Below, one piece after another: positions 1-9,819 of a stretch of 64,000 nucleotides of DNA. This stretch comes from Candidatus Calditenuis fumarioli (GTDB taxonomy: Archaea; Thermoproteota; Nitrososphaeria_A; Caldarchaeales; Calditenuaceae). The stretch lies in NCBI GenBank assembly GCA_030059665.1, contig JANVYR010000001.1:64001-128000 (forward strand). Reading direction: 5' to 3'. Made by a program: the position numbers and the translations under genes. The notes under the pieces are model-generated. The model did not search any database. It was not told where the DNA came from and was given only the letters and a program-made list of their open reading frames with translations. Within the stretch, counting starts at the first letter, position 1. Each line of letters begins with the position of its first letter.

Positions 1-151
1 GGGCCGAGGTCCTGGCGATCTCCGCCAGATCGTCGGACTGGATCTCGAGGACGCGGGCGTTGATCCGCTCCACCCTGACGGAGTGCTCCGCGAAGACCAG
101 CGAGACCTCGAGCCACTTGCCGTCGTTGGTGGTTACGAACCTCAGGACCAA
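1..151 (-). CDS. rdgB: RdgB/Ham1 non-canonical purine NTP pyrophosphatase, 5' part (runs off the window edge)
   Basis: Manual translation from TTG at 151: MVLRFVTTNDGKWLEV...LEIQSDDLAEIARTSA, the Ham1 N-terminal FVTxNxGK and EIQS motifs; downstream of kae1-bud32 as in many archaea. Confidence 0.85.
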   Translation of the reverse strand, partial: MVLRFVTTNDGKWLEVSLVFAEHSVRVERINARVLEIQSDDLAEIARTSA

Positions 152-161
152 CCCGGCCCCC

Positions 162-641
162 TCAGCCGCCGTAGTACCAGCCGGTGTCCCACATGACGAG
201 GTACCGGTCTGCCTGCCTCACGAGCTCGCCGTCGACCACCTTACCCACGTAGATCACGTGGTCTCCCTGATCGACCTTCTCGACCACCTGACACTCGAAC
301 CAGGCAGGGCACTCCTCCAGAACCGGCAGAGAGAGGGTCCTGGAGAGCCTGAACGGGTGGCCGTTGATGTTGTTCCCCTCCACCTTGACGGGCTTGAAGA
401 AGTCGGCTGCGAGCTGCTTCTGGTCGGCCGAGAGGACGTTCACCGCGAAGGACCTGGAACTCTCTACGGCTCGCTGGAGGCCGCTATCGCGTTTGAGCGC
501 CACCACCACCAGCGGCGGGTTGAAGCTCGTCTGCGTCAGGAAGTTCACCGTGGCCGCGGAGAGCTCACCACCGGACCTGCTCGTGACGACGTACAGCCCG
601 TATGTCAGGGTCCTGAGGGCCTTCCTGAACGCCTCCGACAC
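162..641 (-). CDS. Flavin reductase-like protein (DIM6/NTAB family)
   Basis: YGLYVVTS, QTSFNPPLV and GDHVIYVGKVV motifs. Confidence 0.85.
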   Translation of the reverse strand: MSEAFRKALRTLTYGLYVVTSRSGGELSAATVNFLTQTSFNPPLVVVALKRDSGLQRAVESSRSFAVNVLSADQKQLAADFFKPVKVEGNNINGHPFRLSRTLSLPVLEECPAWFECQVVEKVDQGDHVIYVGKVVDGELVRQADRYLVMWDTGWYYGG

Positions 642-690
642 GCATCAGGACCGCGGGGGCCGCACTTCAACCTTAGCCGATTACTCCGCA

Positions 691-1350
691 TCAGTCCTCT
701 ACCCTCTCCACGTACCTCCCCCTCGCCCTGATCTCCTCGACCCTCTCCAGCACCTCCCTCGTCCTGAGGGGGCCAGCCACCTCCTCGTAGCCCGACCTGA
801 AGGACTCCATGAAGGCGTCGGCGATCTCCGGGTAGCCGGACCTTAGGCTCCGGTCGAGGAGGTGGTAATCGATCGCGTGCTCCTCGATGTCTGGGGAGTG
901 CCCCGAGAGGCCGAAGTCGATCAGGTAGGGCTTGCCGCGCTGAACGATCACGTTGGAAGGCACCAGGTCTCCGTGGTAGAGCTCGGCGGAGTGGAGACGA
1001 GCGACGTAGGCGCCGAGGGCCCTCGCAATGGACGGTATGTCGCCCTCCCGTCTACTCAGAACCGACCTCAGGTCGTCGCCGAGGACGTACTGCATGTAGA
1101 TCGTTGATGTGGAGAGCTCCAAATGGACGACGGAGGGACACGGAACGCCCAACCGCTTCGCCCTGTGCATGATCCTCGCCTCCCGCTCCGTCCGCTCGGT
1201 CCTGATCTGGTGGTCGACCTCCGGCCTCCTGTAGGGCTTGGGGACCCTGGTCTTCGCGACGAGCAGCAGGCCGTTCCACCGGACGAGCCTCACCACCGCC
1301 TCCGCGCCCACCTGAAGCACCCTCAGCTCCTCGAAGGGTCCGCCATCCAA
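691..1350 (-). CDS. bud32: KEOPS complex kinase/ATPase Bud32
   Basis: GAEA loop, K-R-PKPYR, HGDL..SN, IDFGL; overlaps the kae1 3' end. Confidence 0.93.
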   Translation of the reverse strand: MDGGPFEELRVLQVGAEAVVRLVRWNGLLLVAKTRVPKPYRRPEVDHQIRTERTEREARIMHRAKRLGVPCPSVVHLELSTSTIYMQYVLGDDLRSVLSRREGDIPSIARALGAYVARLHSAELYHGDLVPSNVIVQRGKPYLIDFGLSGHSPDIEEHAIDYHLLDRSLRSGYPEIADAFMESFRSGYEEVAGPLRTREVLERVEEIRARGRYVERVED

Positions 1351-2327
1351 GGGACTTCCACCTCGTCTATCCTGTACCTAGGCCTCACCCTGCTCTCCTC
1401 TATCGGAACCGTCATGCCGTGGAGGTACATCAGGAGACCTGTCCAGGCGATCATGGCCCCGTTGTCGCCGAGCAGGTCGTCGGGTATCTGACGGAACGAG
1501 GCGCCGTGCAGCCCGACCATCCTGGAGACCATCTCGGAGAGCCGCCTGCTCCTCGCCAGCCCTCCCACCACCAGGACCTCCTTCTTCCCGGTCAGGGCAA
1601 GGGCGCGCTCCAGGACCTCGGTCAGCATCGAGTAAACGGCCTCGGTGAGCGAGAGGCAGAGGTCCTCGACCCTGTGGCCGGTCCTTGCGAGGGAGAGGGC
1701 CCGCGTGAGGAGGCCGCTGAAGGAGACGTCCATGCCCTTCACTTTCATCGGCAGGGGCACGTACCTCTCTCCCCTTGAGGCCAGCAGCTCCGGCGCAGGC
1801 ATCGGTCCTATCCCGACCTTGATGCCGAAGGCGTCGAGGCAGTTTCCCGCCGCTATGTCGAGCGTCTCACCGAGTATCCTGTACCTTCCCGCGTTGTGGG
1901 TGGTCACCAGCGTGTTCCCTCCTGCCACGTAGAGCACCACCGGGTCCCTGAAGCCGGTCGACAGCCGGCCGATCTCGATGTGGGCCACTCCGTGGTTGAC
2001 CGCGACCAGAGGCCTGTTGAGGCGGTACGCCAGAGCCCTCGCGACGGTCGCACCGGTCCTCAGGCAGGGCCCGAGACCAGGTCCTGCGGTGAAGGCAACC
2101 GCGTCGACCTCCCTCAGCCCGATCCCCGCCCTCTCGAGGGCCCTCTCTAGGACCTCGTGGGCCACCGAGGCGTGGTGCTGCGCCGCCTCCCTCGGGTGTA
2201 TCCCGGAGTCAACCGGCCTGTAAACCGCCAGCTCGTTCGCGAGTATCCTTCCGGAGGAGGTGGCTACGCCGACGCCGAAGGTGTGGGCCGACGACTCGAT
2301 CCCGAGGCAGATCACCTCTCCGCGCAA
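1323..2327 (-). CDS. kae1: tRNA t6A37 threonylcarbamoyltransferase Kae1
   Basis: GIESSAHTFG, HPREAAQHH, GPGLGPCL, VNHGVAHIE, VAGGNT, DNGAMIA. Confidence 0.96.
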   Translation of the reverse strand: MRGEVICLGIESSAHTFGVGVATSSGRILANELAVYRPVDSGIHPREAAQHHASVAHEVLERALERAGIGLREVDAVAFTAGPGLGPCLRTGATVARALAYRLNRPLVAVNHGVAHIEIGRLSTGFRDPVVLYVAGGNTLVTTHNAGRYRILGETLDIAAGNCLDAFGIKVGIGPMPAPELLASRGERYVPLPMKVKGMDVSFSGLLTRALSLARTGHRVEDLCLSLTEAVYSMLTEVLERALALTGKKEVLVVGGLARSRRLSEMVSRMVGLHGASFRQIPDDLLGDNGAMIAWTGLLMYLHGMTVPIEESRVRPRYRIDEVEVPWMADPSRS

Positions 2328-2421
2328 ACCCTCCTGGAGACGGATCGGCTGGGCCGGTCATAAGGTCATTCCGGAAGAGCTCGGAACTAAATTATGGGAA
2401 GTAGGCGGTGGGTGAGGAAGG

Positions 2422-3138
2422 ATGCGGACGATGCTGAAGGTCGAGGGCCTGAGGTCCGGGTACGGAGGGTCGGAGGTCCTGCACGGGGTCTCGCTCGAGG
2501 TGCACGAGGACGAGGTGGTCTCGGTGATAGGCCCGAACGGCGCCGGGAAGTCGACGCTGCTCCTGACGATCGCCGGGATAGTTCGGCCTCACGAGGGCAG
2601 GATCCTCTACGACGGCGTTGACGTGACGTCGCTACCGGTCCACGAGCGGGTGAGGAGGGGTCTGGTCCTCTGCCCGGAGCGTAGGAGGCTCTTCCCGGAG
2701 ATGACGGTCGGTGAGAACCTCCTGGCCGGAGCCTACCTGAGAAGGGACAGGGAGGGCGTGAGGAGGGACCTGGAGAAGGTCTTCGAGATCTTCCCGTTCA
2801 TCAGGGAGAGGTGGAACCAGATGGCGGGAACCCTCAGCGGCGGCGAGCAGCAGATGGTCGCCATCGCGAGGGCCCTCATGTCCAGGCCGAGGCTACTGAT
2901 GTTGGACGAGCCGAGCGTGGGGCTGGCGCCGGTGATGAAGGTGACCGTCTTCGAGAAGGTAAGGGAGATCCGGGAGAGGGAGGGGATACCGGTGCTGGTC
3001 GTGGAGCAGGACGCTTACCTTGCCATGTCGGTCTCCGACAGGACCTACGTCCTCGAGAGCGGCTCGGTCGTCCTCGAGGGGAGGTCGTCGGAGCTCATGT
3101 CGAACGACGACGTCAAGTCCCGTTACCTCGGCCTCTGA
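2422..3138 (+). CDS. livF: Branched-chain amino acid ABC transporter ATP-binding subunit (LivF-like)
   Basis: GPNGAGKS, LSGGEQQM, LDEPSVGLAP, VEQD; no permease gene adjacent. Confidence 0.88.
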   Translation: MRTMLKVEGLRSGYGGSEVLHGVSLEVHEDEVVSVIGPNGAGKSTLLLTIAGIVRPHEGRILYDGVDVTSLPVHERVRRGLVLCPERRRLFPEMTVGENLLAGAYLRRDREGVRRDLEKVFEIFPFIRERWNQMAGTLSGGEQQMVAIARALMSRPRLLMLDEPSVGLAPVMKVTVFEKVREIREREGIPVLVVEQDAYLAMSVSDRTYVLESGSVVLEGRSSELMSNDDVKSRYLGL

Positions 3139-3150
3139 GGGAGTCCTCCC

Positions 3151-4470
3151 TCACCTCAAAGCCTCCACCACCTCCTGGGCCTCCTCCAGCAGCGCCTCCA
3201 CGTCAACCCCCACAAGACTGTGGTCGCGGACCACGAACTCGCCGGCGACGATCAGGTGCTCTGCGGTCGAGGTGATGTCGCCGTACGCGAGGGCCTGTAC
3301 CGGGTCGCCAAGGGGCAGGAGCCCCACGGATCTTCGCAGGTCGAAGACCGCCAGGTCAGCGGGACCGCCCACCGTGATCCTCCCCGCACCCCTGACGCCG
3401 GCGACCTCCGACGCACTGGTGGTTGTCAGCGAGAGGACGGAGCCTGACGAGAACGCGGCCGGGTCCGACGAGAGGTCCTTGAGGAGGAGAGCCAGGAACG
3501 CCGCCGCCCTGAGCGGGCTGAAGGACCTCGAGGATGGACCTCCGTCGGTCCCGACGCAGAGCCTCACTCCAGACCTGATCAGCTCGAGGTAACGGCCCTT
3601 GACCGAGAGGCCCTTTCCCTTCATCGCACCGGAGACCGGACAGACCACAACACCCGATCCGGACCGCGCTATCCTTGAGACGTCTTCGGAGTCGAGGTAT
3701 ACGGCATGGACCAAGACGGTGTCCCGGTCGAGGACGCCGAGCGACTCGAGGTACCGGATGGGCGTCATGCCTGTCCTGGAAGCGACCCGCTCGACTTCTG
3801 AGAGCGTCGATGCCGCGTGGACGTAGATCCGCCAACCCCTCTCCGAGGCAACCCTCTTCGCCTCCCTGATCAATTCGGGGGAGCAGGTGGACGCCGAGAT
3901 CGGCGCCAGGCCACAGCTCACCCTGCCCTTGAACTCGCCGACGGACCTCTCCAGCTCGTCCGCGACCCTGACGACCTCGTCCGGACTCGTCCTGTTGAAC
4001 TCGGGTAGGTCCCACAGCCAGGGACACAGGATCGACCTGAGCCTGATCCGCCTGAGCGCATCGAGGTGAGCGGAGAGGTGAACGTAACCGGCCTCGACAT
4101 AGAGCGAGACGCCCTGGAGGGCCATCGTCGCCAGCTGCAGCTCGACCGCTACCCGCTCCGCCCGCTCGTCAAGGGAAGCGTGGTAGGGCATCGCGTACCT
4201 CGCCATCCATTCGTCGGGTGCCACCGTGTCGGGGAAGAGGAAGGCCGCCAACCTCTCCCTCGAGTGGACGTGAGCGTCGATCAGCCCCGGCACCACAACC
4301 CTTCCCTTACCGCCCACGACGAGCTCCGGCCTGTGGGCCTCGATCACCTCCCTCGCGGGACCCAGACCGATAACCCTCCCCTGCTCGATCGCTACCGCGG
4401 CGTCCCTCAGCACCGGCGCGCCCGGATCCATCGCGACCACGTAATCGCCGACGACGCAGACCGTCCCCAT
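3151..4470 (-). CDS. Amidohydrolase family deaminase (MtaD/SsnA-like)
   Basis: PGLIDAHVH metal motif, VHAVY, VCPVS, GTDG. Confidence 0.85.
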   Translation of the reverse strand: MGTVCVVGDYVVAMDPGAPVLRDAAVAIEQGRVIGLGPAREVIEAHRPELVVGGKGRVVVPGLIDAHVHSRERLAAFLFPDTVAPDEWMARYAMPYHASLDERAERVAVELQLATMALQGVSLYVEAGYVHLSAHLDALRRIRLRSILCPWLWDLPEFNRTSPDEVVRVADELERSVGEFKGRVSCGLAPISASTCSPELIREAKRVASERGWRIYVHAASTLSEVERVASRTGMTPIRYLESLGVLDRDTVLVHAVYLDSEDVSRIARSGSGVVVCPVSGAMKGKGLSVKGRYLELIRSGVRLCVGTDGGPSSRSFSPLRAAAFLALLLKDLSSDPAAFSSGSVLSLTTTSASEVAGVRGAGRITVGGPADLAVFDLRRSVGLLPLGDPVQALAYGDITSTAEHLIVAGEFVVRDHSLVGVDVEALLEEAQEVVEALR

Positions 4471-4549
4471 GCCCGCTGTGGATGAAGATGCAATTCAAAA
4501 CCGTCTCCAGGAAACGCAAATATACCCTTCACACAGCAGGTGACTCGCG

Positions 4550-5962
4550 ATGCCGAACAACAACGTGAACAAGGTCGTTCTCGATGAGGACGGCATACCG
4601 AAGGAGTGGTACAACATCCTGCCCGACCTTCCGGTACCTCTGCCGCCGCCTATCAACCCGGCTACGCGGGAACCGGTCAAGCCGCAGGACCTCGAGAGGG
4701 TCTTCGCGAAGGAGCTGATCAGGCAGGAGGTTAGCCAGGAGAGGTGGATACCGATACCGGAGGAGGTGAGGGAGGTCTACAGGATCTGGAGGCCGACGCC
4801 CCTCTACAGGGCGAGGAGGCTCGAGCAGTACCTGAAGACGCCCGCCAGGATCTACTACAAGTTCGAGGGCGTAAGTCCACCGGGCTCCCACAAGCCGAAC
4901 ACCGCCGTGGCGCAGGCGTACTACAACATGAAGGAGGGGATCGAGAGGCTCACGACCGAGACCGGTGCGGGACAGTGGGGCTCGTCGCTTGCGTTCGCCA
5001 CGATGCTCTTCGGCCTCAAGTGCACCGTCTACATGGTCAGGGCCTCCTACAACCAGAAGCCGTACAGGGCCATCCTGATGAGGAGCTGGGGAGCCGAGAT
5101 CTACCCGAGCCCGAGCGACAAGACCAACTTCGGCCGCTCGCTTTACCAGAAGGACCCGAACCACCCGGGAAGCCTGGGGATCGCCATCAGCGAGGCCCTC
5201 GAGGACGCCGTCACCCACGACAACACCAGGTACTCCCTGGGTTCGGTGCTGAACCACGTCCTAATGCACCAAACGGTTCAGGGGCTCGAGGCGAAGAGGC
5301 AGCTGGAGATGCTCGACGAGTACCCTGACATAGTGGCCGGATGCGTCGGAGGAGGGAGCTCCTTCTCAGGGCTTTTCTGGCCGTTCTACTACGACGTTTA
5401 CGTCTCGAAGAAGGCCCCGAAGAAGACCAAGTTCGTCGCCACAGAGCCCACGGCGTGCCCCACGATGACGAAGGGGATCTACACCTACGACTTCGGTGAC
5501 ACCGCGAAGATGACGCCTCTGCTGCCGATGTACACGCTCGGATCGGACTTCATCCCGGCACCGATCCACGCCGGCGGCCTCAGGTACCACGGCGACGCGC
5601 CGACGCTCTGCCTCCTCCTGAAGAAGGGGTACATCGAGCCCCACGCTTACAACCAGGTCGAGGTCTTCCAGGCGGCAACGATCTTCGCGAGGACCGAGGG
5701 GATAATTCCGGCGCCGGAGCCCTCCCACACCATCAAGTACGTCATAGACGAGGCCCGCAGGTGCAAGCAGACAGGAGAGGAGAAGGTGATCCTCTTCAAC
5801 CTCTGCGGCCACGGCTACTTCGACCTGCAGGCGTACCTCGACTTCTTCGAGGGGAAGCTCCAGCCCTTCGACTACCCGGAGGAGGCCATCAGGAGGTCCA
5901 TAGAGCGCCTGAAGAGCGAGTTGCCCTGGATCGACCAGCTGCCCTACCTCAAGAACCTCTGA
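4550..5962 (+). CDS. trpB2: Tryptophan synthase beta chain type 2 (TrpB2)
   Basis: [11 protein letters not shown] lysine, [36 protein letters not shown]. Confidence 0.95.
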   Translation: MPNNNVNKVVLDEDGIPKEWYNILPDLPVPLPPPINPATREPVKPQDLERVFAKELIRQEVSQERWIPIPEEVREVYRIWRPTPLYRARRLEQYLKTPARIYYKFEGVSPPGSHKPNTAVAQAYYNMKEGIERLTTETGAGQWGSSLAFATMLFGLKCTVYMVRASYNQKPYRAILMRSWGAEIYPSPSDKTNFGRSLYQKDPNHPGSLGIAISEALEDAVTHDNTRYSLGSVLNHVLMHQTVQGLEAKRQLEMLDEYPDIVAGCVGGGSSFSGLFWPFYYDVYVSKKAPKKTKFVATEPTACPTMTKGIYTYDFGDTAKMTPLLPMYTLGSDFIPAPIHAGGLRYHGDAPTLCLLLKKGYIEPHAYNQVEVFQAATIFARTEGIIPAPEPSHTIKYVIDEARRCKQTGEEKVILFNLCGHGYFDLQAYLDFFEGKLQPFDYPEEAIRRSIERLKSELPWIDQLPYLKNL

Positions 5963-5981
5963 CCGCGACCTGTTCGGCAGC

Positions 5982-5987
5982 TTTTTT
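5982..5987 (+). terminator. Oligo-T terminator after trpB2
   Basis: T6 run 20 nt after the stop codon in a GC-rich context. Confidence 0.45.
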
Positions 5988-6004
5988 CAGCGCGCATTTC
6001 CCCA

Positions 6005-7297
6005 TCAGAAGACGAAGGACTCGGGCTCAGCCCTTCTCCCCCTTATCCCCAGCCAGGAGACAGGGACCCTCTCGCCGGTGTAAAGGACGAACTCCTCCTC
6101 GCCCAGCAGGAGGGAGGTGACGGCCCTTCCTATGGCGTCGCACTTCATCACCCCGGAACCGCTGCCCCCGGTCGCTACCACCATGTTCATCGACCTGAAG
6201 ACGATGGGGTTCTCGTCGATCGTGTTGATCGAGTAGCAACCGGCCCACATGCTGGTGGGTCTGACGTCCTTGAGGACCGGGAAGATCTTGCTGACCATCG
6301 GGTAGATGTTGTCGTAGTAGAAGCTCTCCTCCGGCGTGAAGTCGATCCCCCATGGCCTCCCCACGTCGTCGCTGTACCCGAGCCAGAGGGCCCTCTCCCT
6401 GACGCGGGGTGCGACGTATGGGCCTCTGGGGACGAACGTCATCGGCATCGAGCGGTGGCCGTTGAAGCCATCGACGTCGAAGAACTTCGCCAGCTCTCCG
6501 CGCGCCTCGACCGAGAAGACCTGCCTCTTCTTCGGCTTGACGTGCGAGTCTATCCCGAGGGGGTCCAGCAGCTGGTTGACCCATGCGCCCGCTGCGACCA
6601 CGACGTTCTCCGCGGAGACGTCTCCGTTGTCCGTCTCGATCGCTCCGACCCTCTTCGCCTGCCAGGCCAGAGGCTCCCGCGGGTGACCGATGCTGATCAC
6701 CGGGCTCAGCCTCAGGCGCTTGACGGTGGTCCCGAACCGGAACTCGACGCCTTTGTCCAGCAGGTCCCTGTAGTAGTGTGCCACGAGCTTCTCGACGTCG
6801 AGGTAGCCGGAGCTCGGTGAGAAGACGGCGGCCTCCACGTCCCTCATCCCCAGAAGCTGCGCCTCCTCGTCGTCCCCGAAACGCAATTTCATCCAGGGAA
6901 CCATGGATCCGAGCTCGTCTGCACCCATCACCCGGGCGTTCCCCTTCCTGACGAACTCCTCGATCGCTGCGGAGTTACTCTCAAGCGCCTCCGAGTCGAG
7001 CAGTATCAGGTACCCTATGGGATGCATGCCAAGGTCGACGCCGGACCTCTGAAGGTCCTCGAAGAAGGCCACGGTGGACTCGGAGAGGAGACGGTTGAGG
7101 TTGGAGGTGAATATCCCCTTCCGGTAGCCGCCGACGCTCCTGCCGGTGTTCCCCTGACCTGGGCCGCTGAGGGCATCGAGGACCACCACCTTCCCGCCAG
7201 CCCTCCTGACGTAGTGGTACGCCGAGGCGAGCCCGAAGATCCCAGCTCCTATCACTGCGAGGTCGTATCTCTCCAACCCGGTTAAGGGAAACCTCAC
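6005..7297 (-). CDS. FAD-dependent oxidoreductase (DAO/sarcosine oxidase beta-like); likely start TTG at 7276
   Basis: VIGAGIFG Rossmann motif, NTGRSVG, VVVAAGAW, GGSGSGVM. Confidence 0.85.
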   Translation of the reverse strand: MRFPLTGLERYDLAVIGAGIFGLASAYHYVRRAGGKVVVLDALSGPGQGNTGRSVGGYRKGIFTSNLNRLLSESTVAFFEDLQRSGVDLGMHPIGYLILLDSEALESNSAAIEEFVRKGNARVMGADELGSMVPWMKLRFGDDEEAQLLGMRDVEAAVFSPSSGYLDVEKLVAHYYRDLLDKGVEFRFGTTVKRLRLSPVISIGHPREPLAWQAKRVGAIETDNGDVSAENVVVAAGAWVNQLLDPLGIDSHVKPKKRQVFSVEARGELAKFFDVDGFNGHRSMPMTFVPRGPYVAPRVRERALWLGYSDDVGRPWGIDFTPEESFYYDNIYPMVSKIFPVLKDVRPTSMWAGCYSINTIDENPIVFRSMNMVVATGGSGSGVMKCDAIGRAVTSLLLGEEEFVLYTGERVPVSWLGIRGRRAEPESFVF

Positions 7298-7391
7298 TCG
7301 CTTATAACGGATGATTGAGAGAGCAGCATGGGGCTAAACCCACACGGTCACGCTGTCCCAGAAAATGAGAGGAGTCGAATCGGAAGACCGC

Positions 7392-8414
7392 TCAGAGCTT
7401 CAGCGGAATTCCCAGCGAGGCATCGGTCCTGGAGGCGCTCTCCCGGTACGGAACGTCCGTGACGAGGGCCCTCACGGCGTCGACGTTCTCCGGCACGACT
7501 ATCGCCTCCTGGTGGACCCCCATGAAGAACATCACCTCGTTCCCGGAGACGCTGATCGAGTCCCTCCAGACCACGACCTCGTACAGGTCCCCACGCGGCC
7601 TGCCGGCCTCCCGGGCCAACTCGATCAGGCTGGCGGTGGACTTGAAACCGACCTTGGACTCCAGCAGGAGGATCCTCCGGGAGGAAGCGAGGGCCTCGAT
7701 CACCTGGTCCCTGGTGATGCTCTGACCGGAGACCCGGCCGATGAAGGAGTGGATGTGGACCTGCGTGTTGGGGACCTTCATGGCCATCGTGACGATGTCG
7801 AACCCCTTGATCACAGTTCGGACGTCGTCGGCGTGGTGCGATGGCACCTCCACGGGGTCGAGCACTATCGCGTTGATCGGGCCCTTCGAGACCTCCTCCG
7901 GGTCGGCGGCCCTCCTCGCGATCACAACCCGCGCTGATCCGAGACCGATGCCCTTCACCAGCGCGTTGATGACGCGGCAGAGGCCCGTCGTGTTGCACGA
8001 CACGACCCTGACGTACCTCCTGCCCCTCGCCTGGTCGTAGTTGCACTCGGCCACGAAGGAGACCTCGCCGACGTCGGCCTCCTCACCTCCCTGGAAGATC
8101 GCCGGCTTACCGAGCTCCCGGTAGAGGGAGAGGTTCTTCGCTCCGACTCCGTCGGGGGTCGCGTCGATCGTCACGTCCGAAGCCCTGACCGCGTCGGCCG
8201 TCAGTCCGGCGACCTCGATGCCCAACGAGGAGAAGGCCTGGGCCTCCTTCTCTGACGGCACGTAGATCCTGTAACCCTTAACCGCGGCCAGCCTAGCCTT
8301 GTAGTCGGCCTTCGTCTTCCCTATACCGATGAGCTCCATGTCCGTCTGCCGCGCGATCGCATCGGCCACCCTCCTCCCGATGACGCCGTACCCGTTTACG
8401 AACACCCTCCTCAT
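7392..8414 (-). CDS. gap: Archaeal type II phosphorylating glyceraldehyde-3-phosphate dehydrogenase
   Basis: VNGYGVIGRRVADA, VVSCNTTGL catalytic Cys, IHQEAIVVPENVDA-like C-terminus (VHQEAIVVPENVDA); ATGA overlap with pgk. Confidence 0.95.
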   Translation of the reverse strand: MRRVFVNGYGVIGRRVADAIARQTDMELIGIGKTKADYKARLAAVKGYRIYVPSEKEAQAFSSLGIEVAGLTADAVRASDVTIDATPDGVGAKNLSLYRELGKPAIFQGGEEADVGEVSFVAECNYDQARGRRYVRVVSCNTTGLCRVINALVKGIGLGSARVVIARRAADPEEVSKGPINAIVLDPVEVPSHHADDVRTVIKGFDIVTMAMKVPNTQVHIHSFIGRVSGQSITRDQVIEALASSRRILLLESKVGFKSTASLIELAREAGRPRGDLYEVVVWRDSISVSGNEVMFFMGVHQEAIVVPENVDAVRALVTDVPYRESASRTDASLGIPLKL

Positions 8415-9679
8415 GCTCCTCCCCTCCCCTTGGCGACATTTGACCATGTCTCATACGAAACGGCCAGCGCCTCGAACATCGGCATCTTCTTCCCGGCCAG
8501 GTACATGACCAGCGCACCACCTGCGGTGCTGACGTAGTCGATCCAGTCCTTGACCCCGAGCTTCTGGAGGGCAGCGTTCAGATGGCCTCCGCTGACGATC
8601 GTGATGCCGAGCGAGCTCGCGGTCGCCTGCAGTATCTCGTAGGTCCCGTAGGAGAAGCGGTCGTCCTCGAAGACTCCTGGTGGGCCGCTGACGAAGACGG
8701 TGCCGGCGCTCTTGATCAGCCTGACGTACCTCCTGACGGTCGCTGAACCTATGTCCCTCACCTGGGTCGGGTCCTCGATGGAGCTCACCGGCAGCTCGAC
8801 GCGCTCGCCGTTCCTCTCGACCGCAAGGTCCTCCGGCAGCTCGAACTTCTCGTCGTACTTCTGGTAGATCGTTCTCGCCTTCTCGACCATCTGCTCCTCG
8901 TTCTGGAGGTTCAGCTTGCCCTTGATCTTGCCGACGGCCTTCAGGAAGACCAGCGCGATCAGCCCGGTCAGCAGGATCTTGTCGGCCTTCCCTCCCTGTA
9001 TCAGGGCCTCCATAGCCTCGAGCCTGTCCCTCACCTTCGCACCGCCCAGGACCGTCACGAAGGGAGCCTTCATCACCGACTGGATCTTGCGGAGCGACTT
9101 CAGCTCCTTCATCACCAGCCTGCCTGCCATGGTCGGCTTCACCTTCGCGAACCCCACGATGGAGGGATGGGCCCTGTGGGCGGTGGGGAATGCGTCGAGG
9201 ACGCAGAAGTCGATCACGGACGAGAGCCTCCGGACGAAGTGGGTCCTCATAGCCTCATCGATGGTGAACTCGAAGTTCTCCTCGGCCGCGAACCTTAGGT
9301 TGTCGAGGACGAGGACCTCGCCGTCGCTGAGCGACCTGATCTCCTGAAGCGCAGCCCTCCCCATCACGTCGTCCACAAATTTCACCGGCCTCCCCAGGTA
9401 CTCCTCGAGGATCCTGGCGTGCTGCTCGAGGGAGACGTAGTCGTGACCTCCGACCCTGCCCTGATGGGAGGCGACGACGACCTTCGACCTGGCCAGGTCC
9501 CTCAGCGTGACAGCCGCCTCGGCTATCCGCGAGTTGTCCATGATCTTCCCGGTCCTGGGATCTATAGAGCTGTTCATGTCGGCCCTCACGAAGACCGTCT
9601 TCCCCTCGAGGTCGAAATCGTCCAATGTGAGAACGTTCGCGTTCGCTGAGGACAACACAGGCACCCCTTGCAGTTTCAA
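8411..9679 (-). CDS. pgk: Phosphoglycerate kinase
   Basis: VRADMN, SHQGR, LDNLRF, AHRAH, LGGAKV, SGGH, STAGGA. Confidence 0.95.
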   Translation of the reverse strand: MKLQGVPVLSSANANVLTLDDFDLEGKTVFVRADMNSSIDPRTGKIMDNSRIAEAAVTLRDLARSKVVVASHQGRVGGHDYVSLEQHARILEEYLGRPVKFVDDVMGRAALQEIRSLSDGEVLVLDNLRFAAEENFEFTIDEAMRTHFVRRLSSVIDFCVLDAFPTAHRAHPSIVGFAKVKPTMAGRLVMKELKSLRKIQSVMKAPFVTVLGGAKVRDRLEAMEALIQGGKADKILLTGLIALVFLKAVGKIKGKLNLQNEEQMVEKARTIYQKYDEKFELPEDLAVERNGERVELPVSSIEDPTQVRDIGSATVRRYVRLIKSAGTVFVSGPPGVFEDDRFSYGTYEILQATASSLGITIVSGGHLNAALQKLGVKDWIDYVSTAGGALVMYLAGKKMPMFEALAVSYETWSNVAKGRGGA

Positions 9680-9706
9680 CTCACTCCATCCAAGTGATAA
9701 GTGTTT

Positions 9707-9769
9707 GTGTCAGTTCGGGCATCACTCTTCATCCCCGAAGGTCAGAAATACCCGCTCACTTCATCCACG
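9707..9769 (-). ncRNA. Probable box C/D methylation-guide sRNA
   Basis: Minus strand: GUG-GAUGAAG(C)-guide-CUGA(D')-CC UUCG GG-GAUGAAG(C')-guide-CUGA(D)-CAC, with a terminal GUG/CAC stem. Confidence 0.72.
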
Positions 9770-9819
9770 TGATCTACTGTGAAGCCGTCTAATGAACGTT
9801 CCACGGAACGGTTCTCCGG

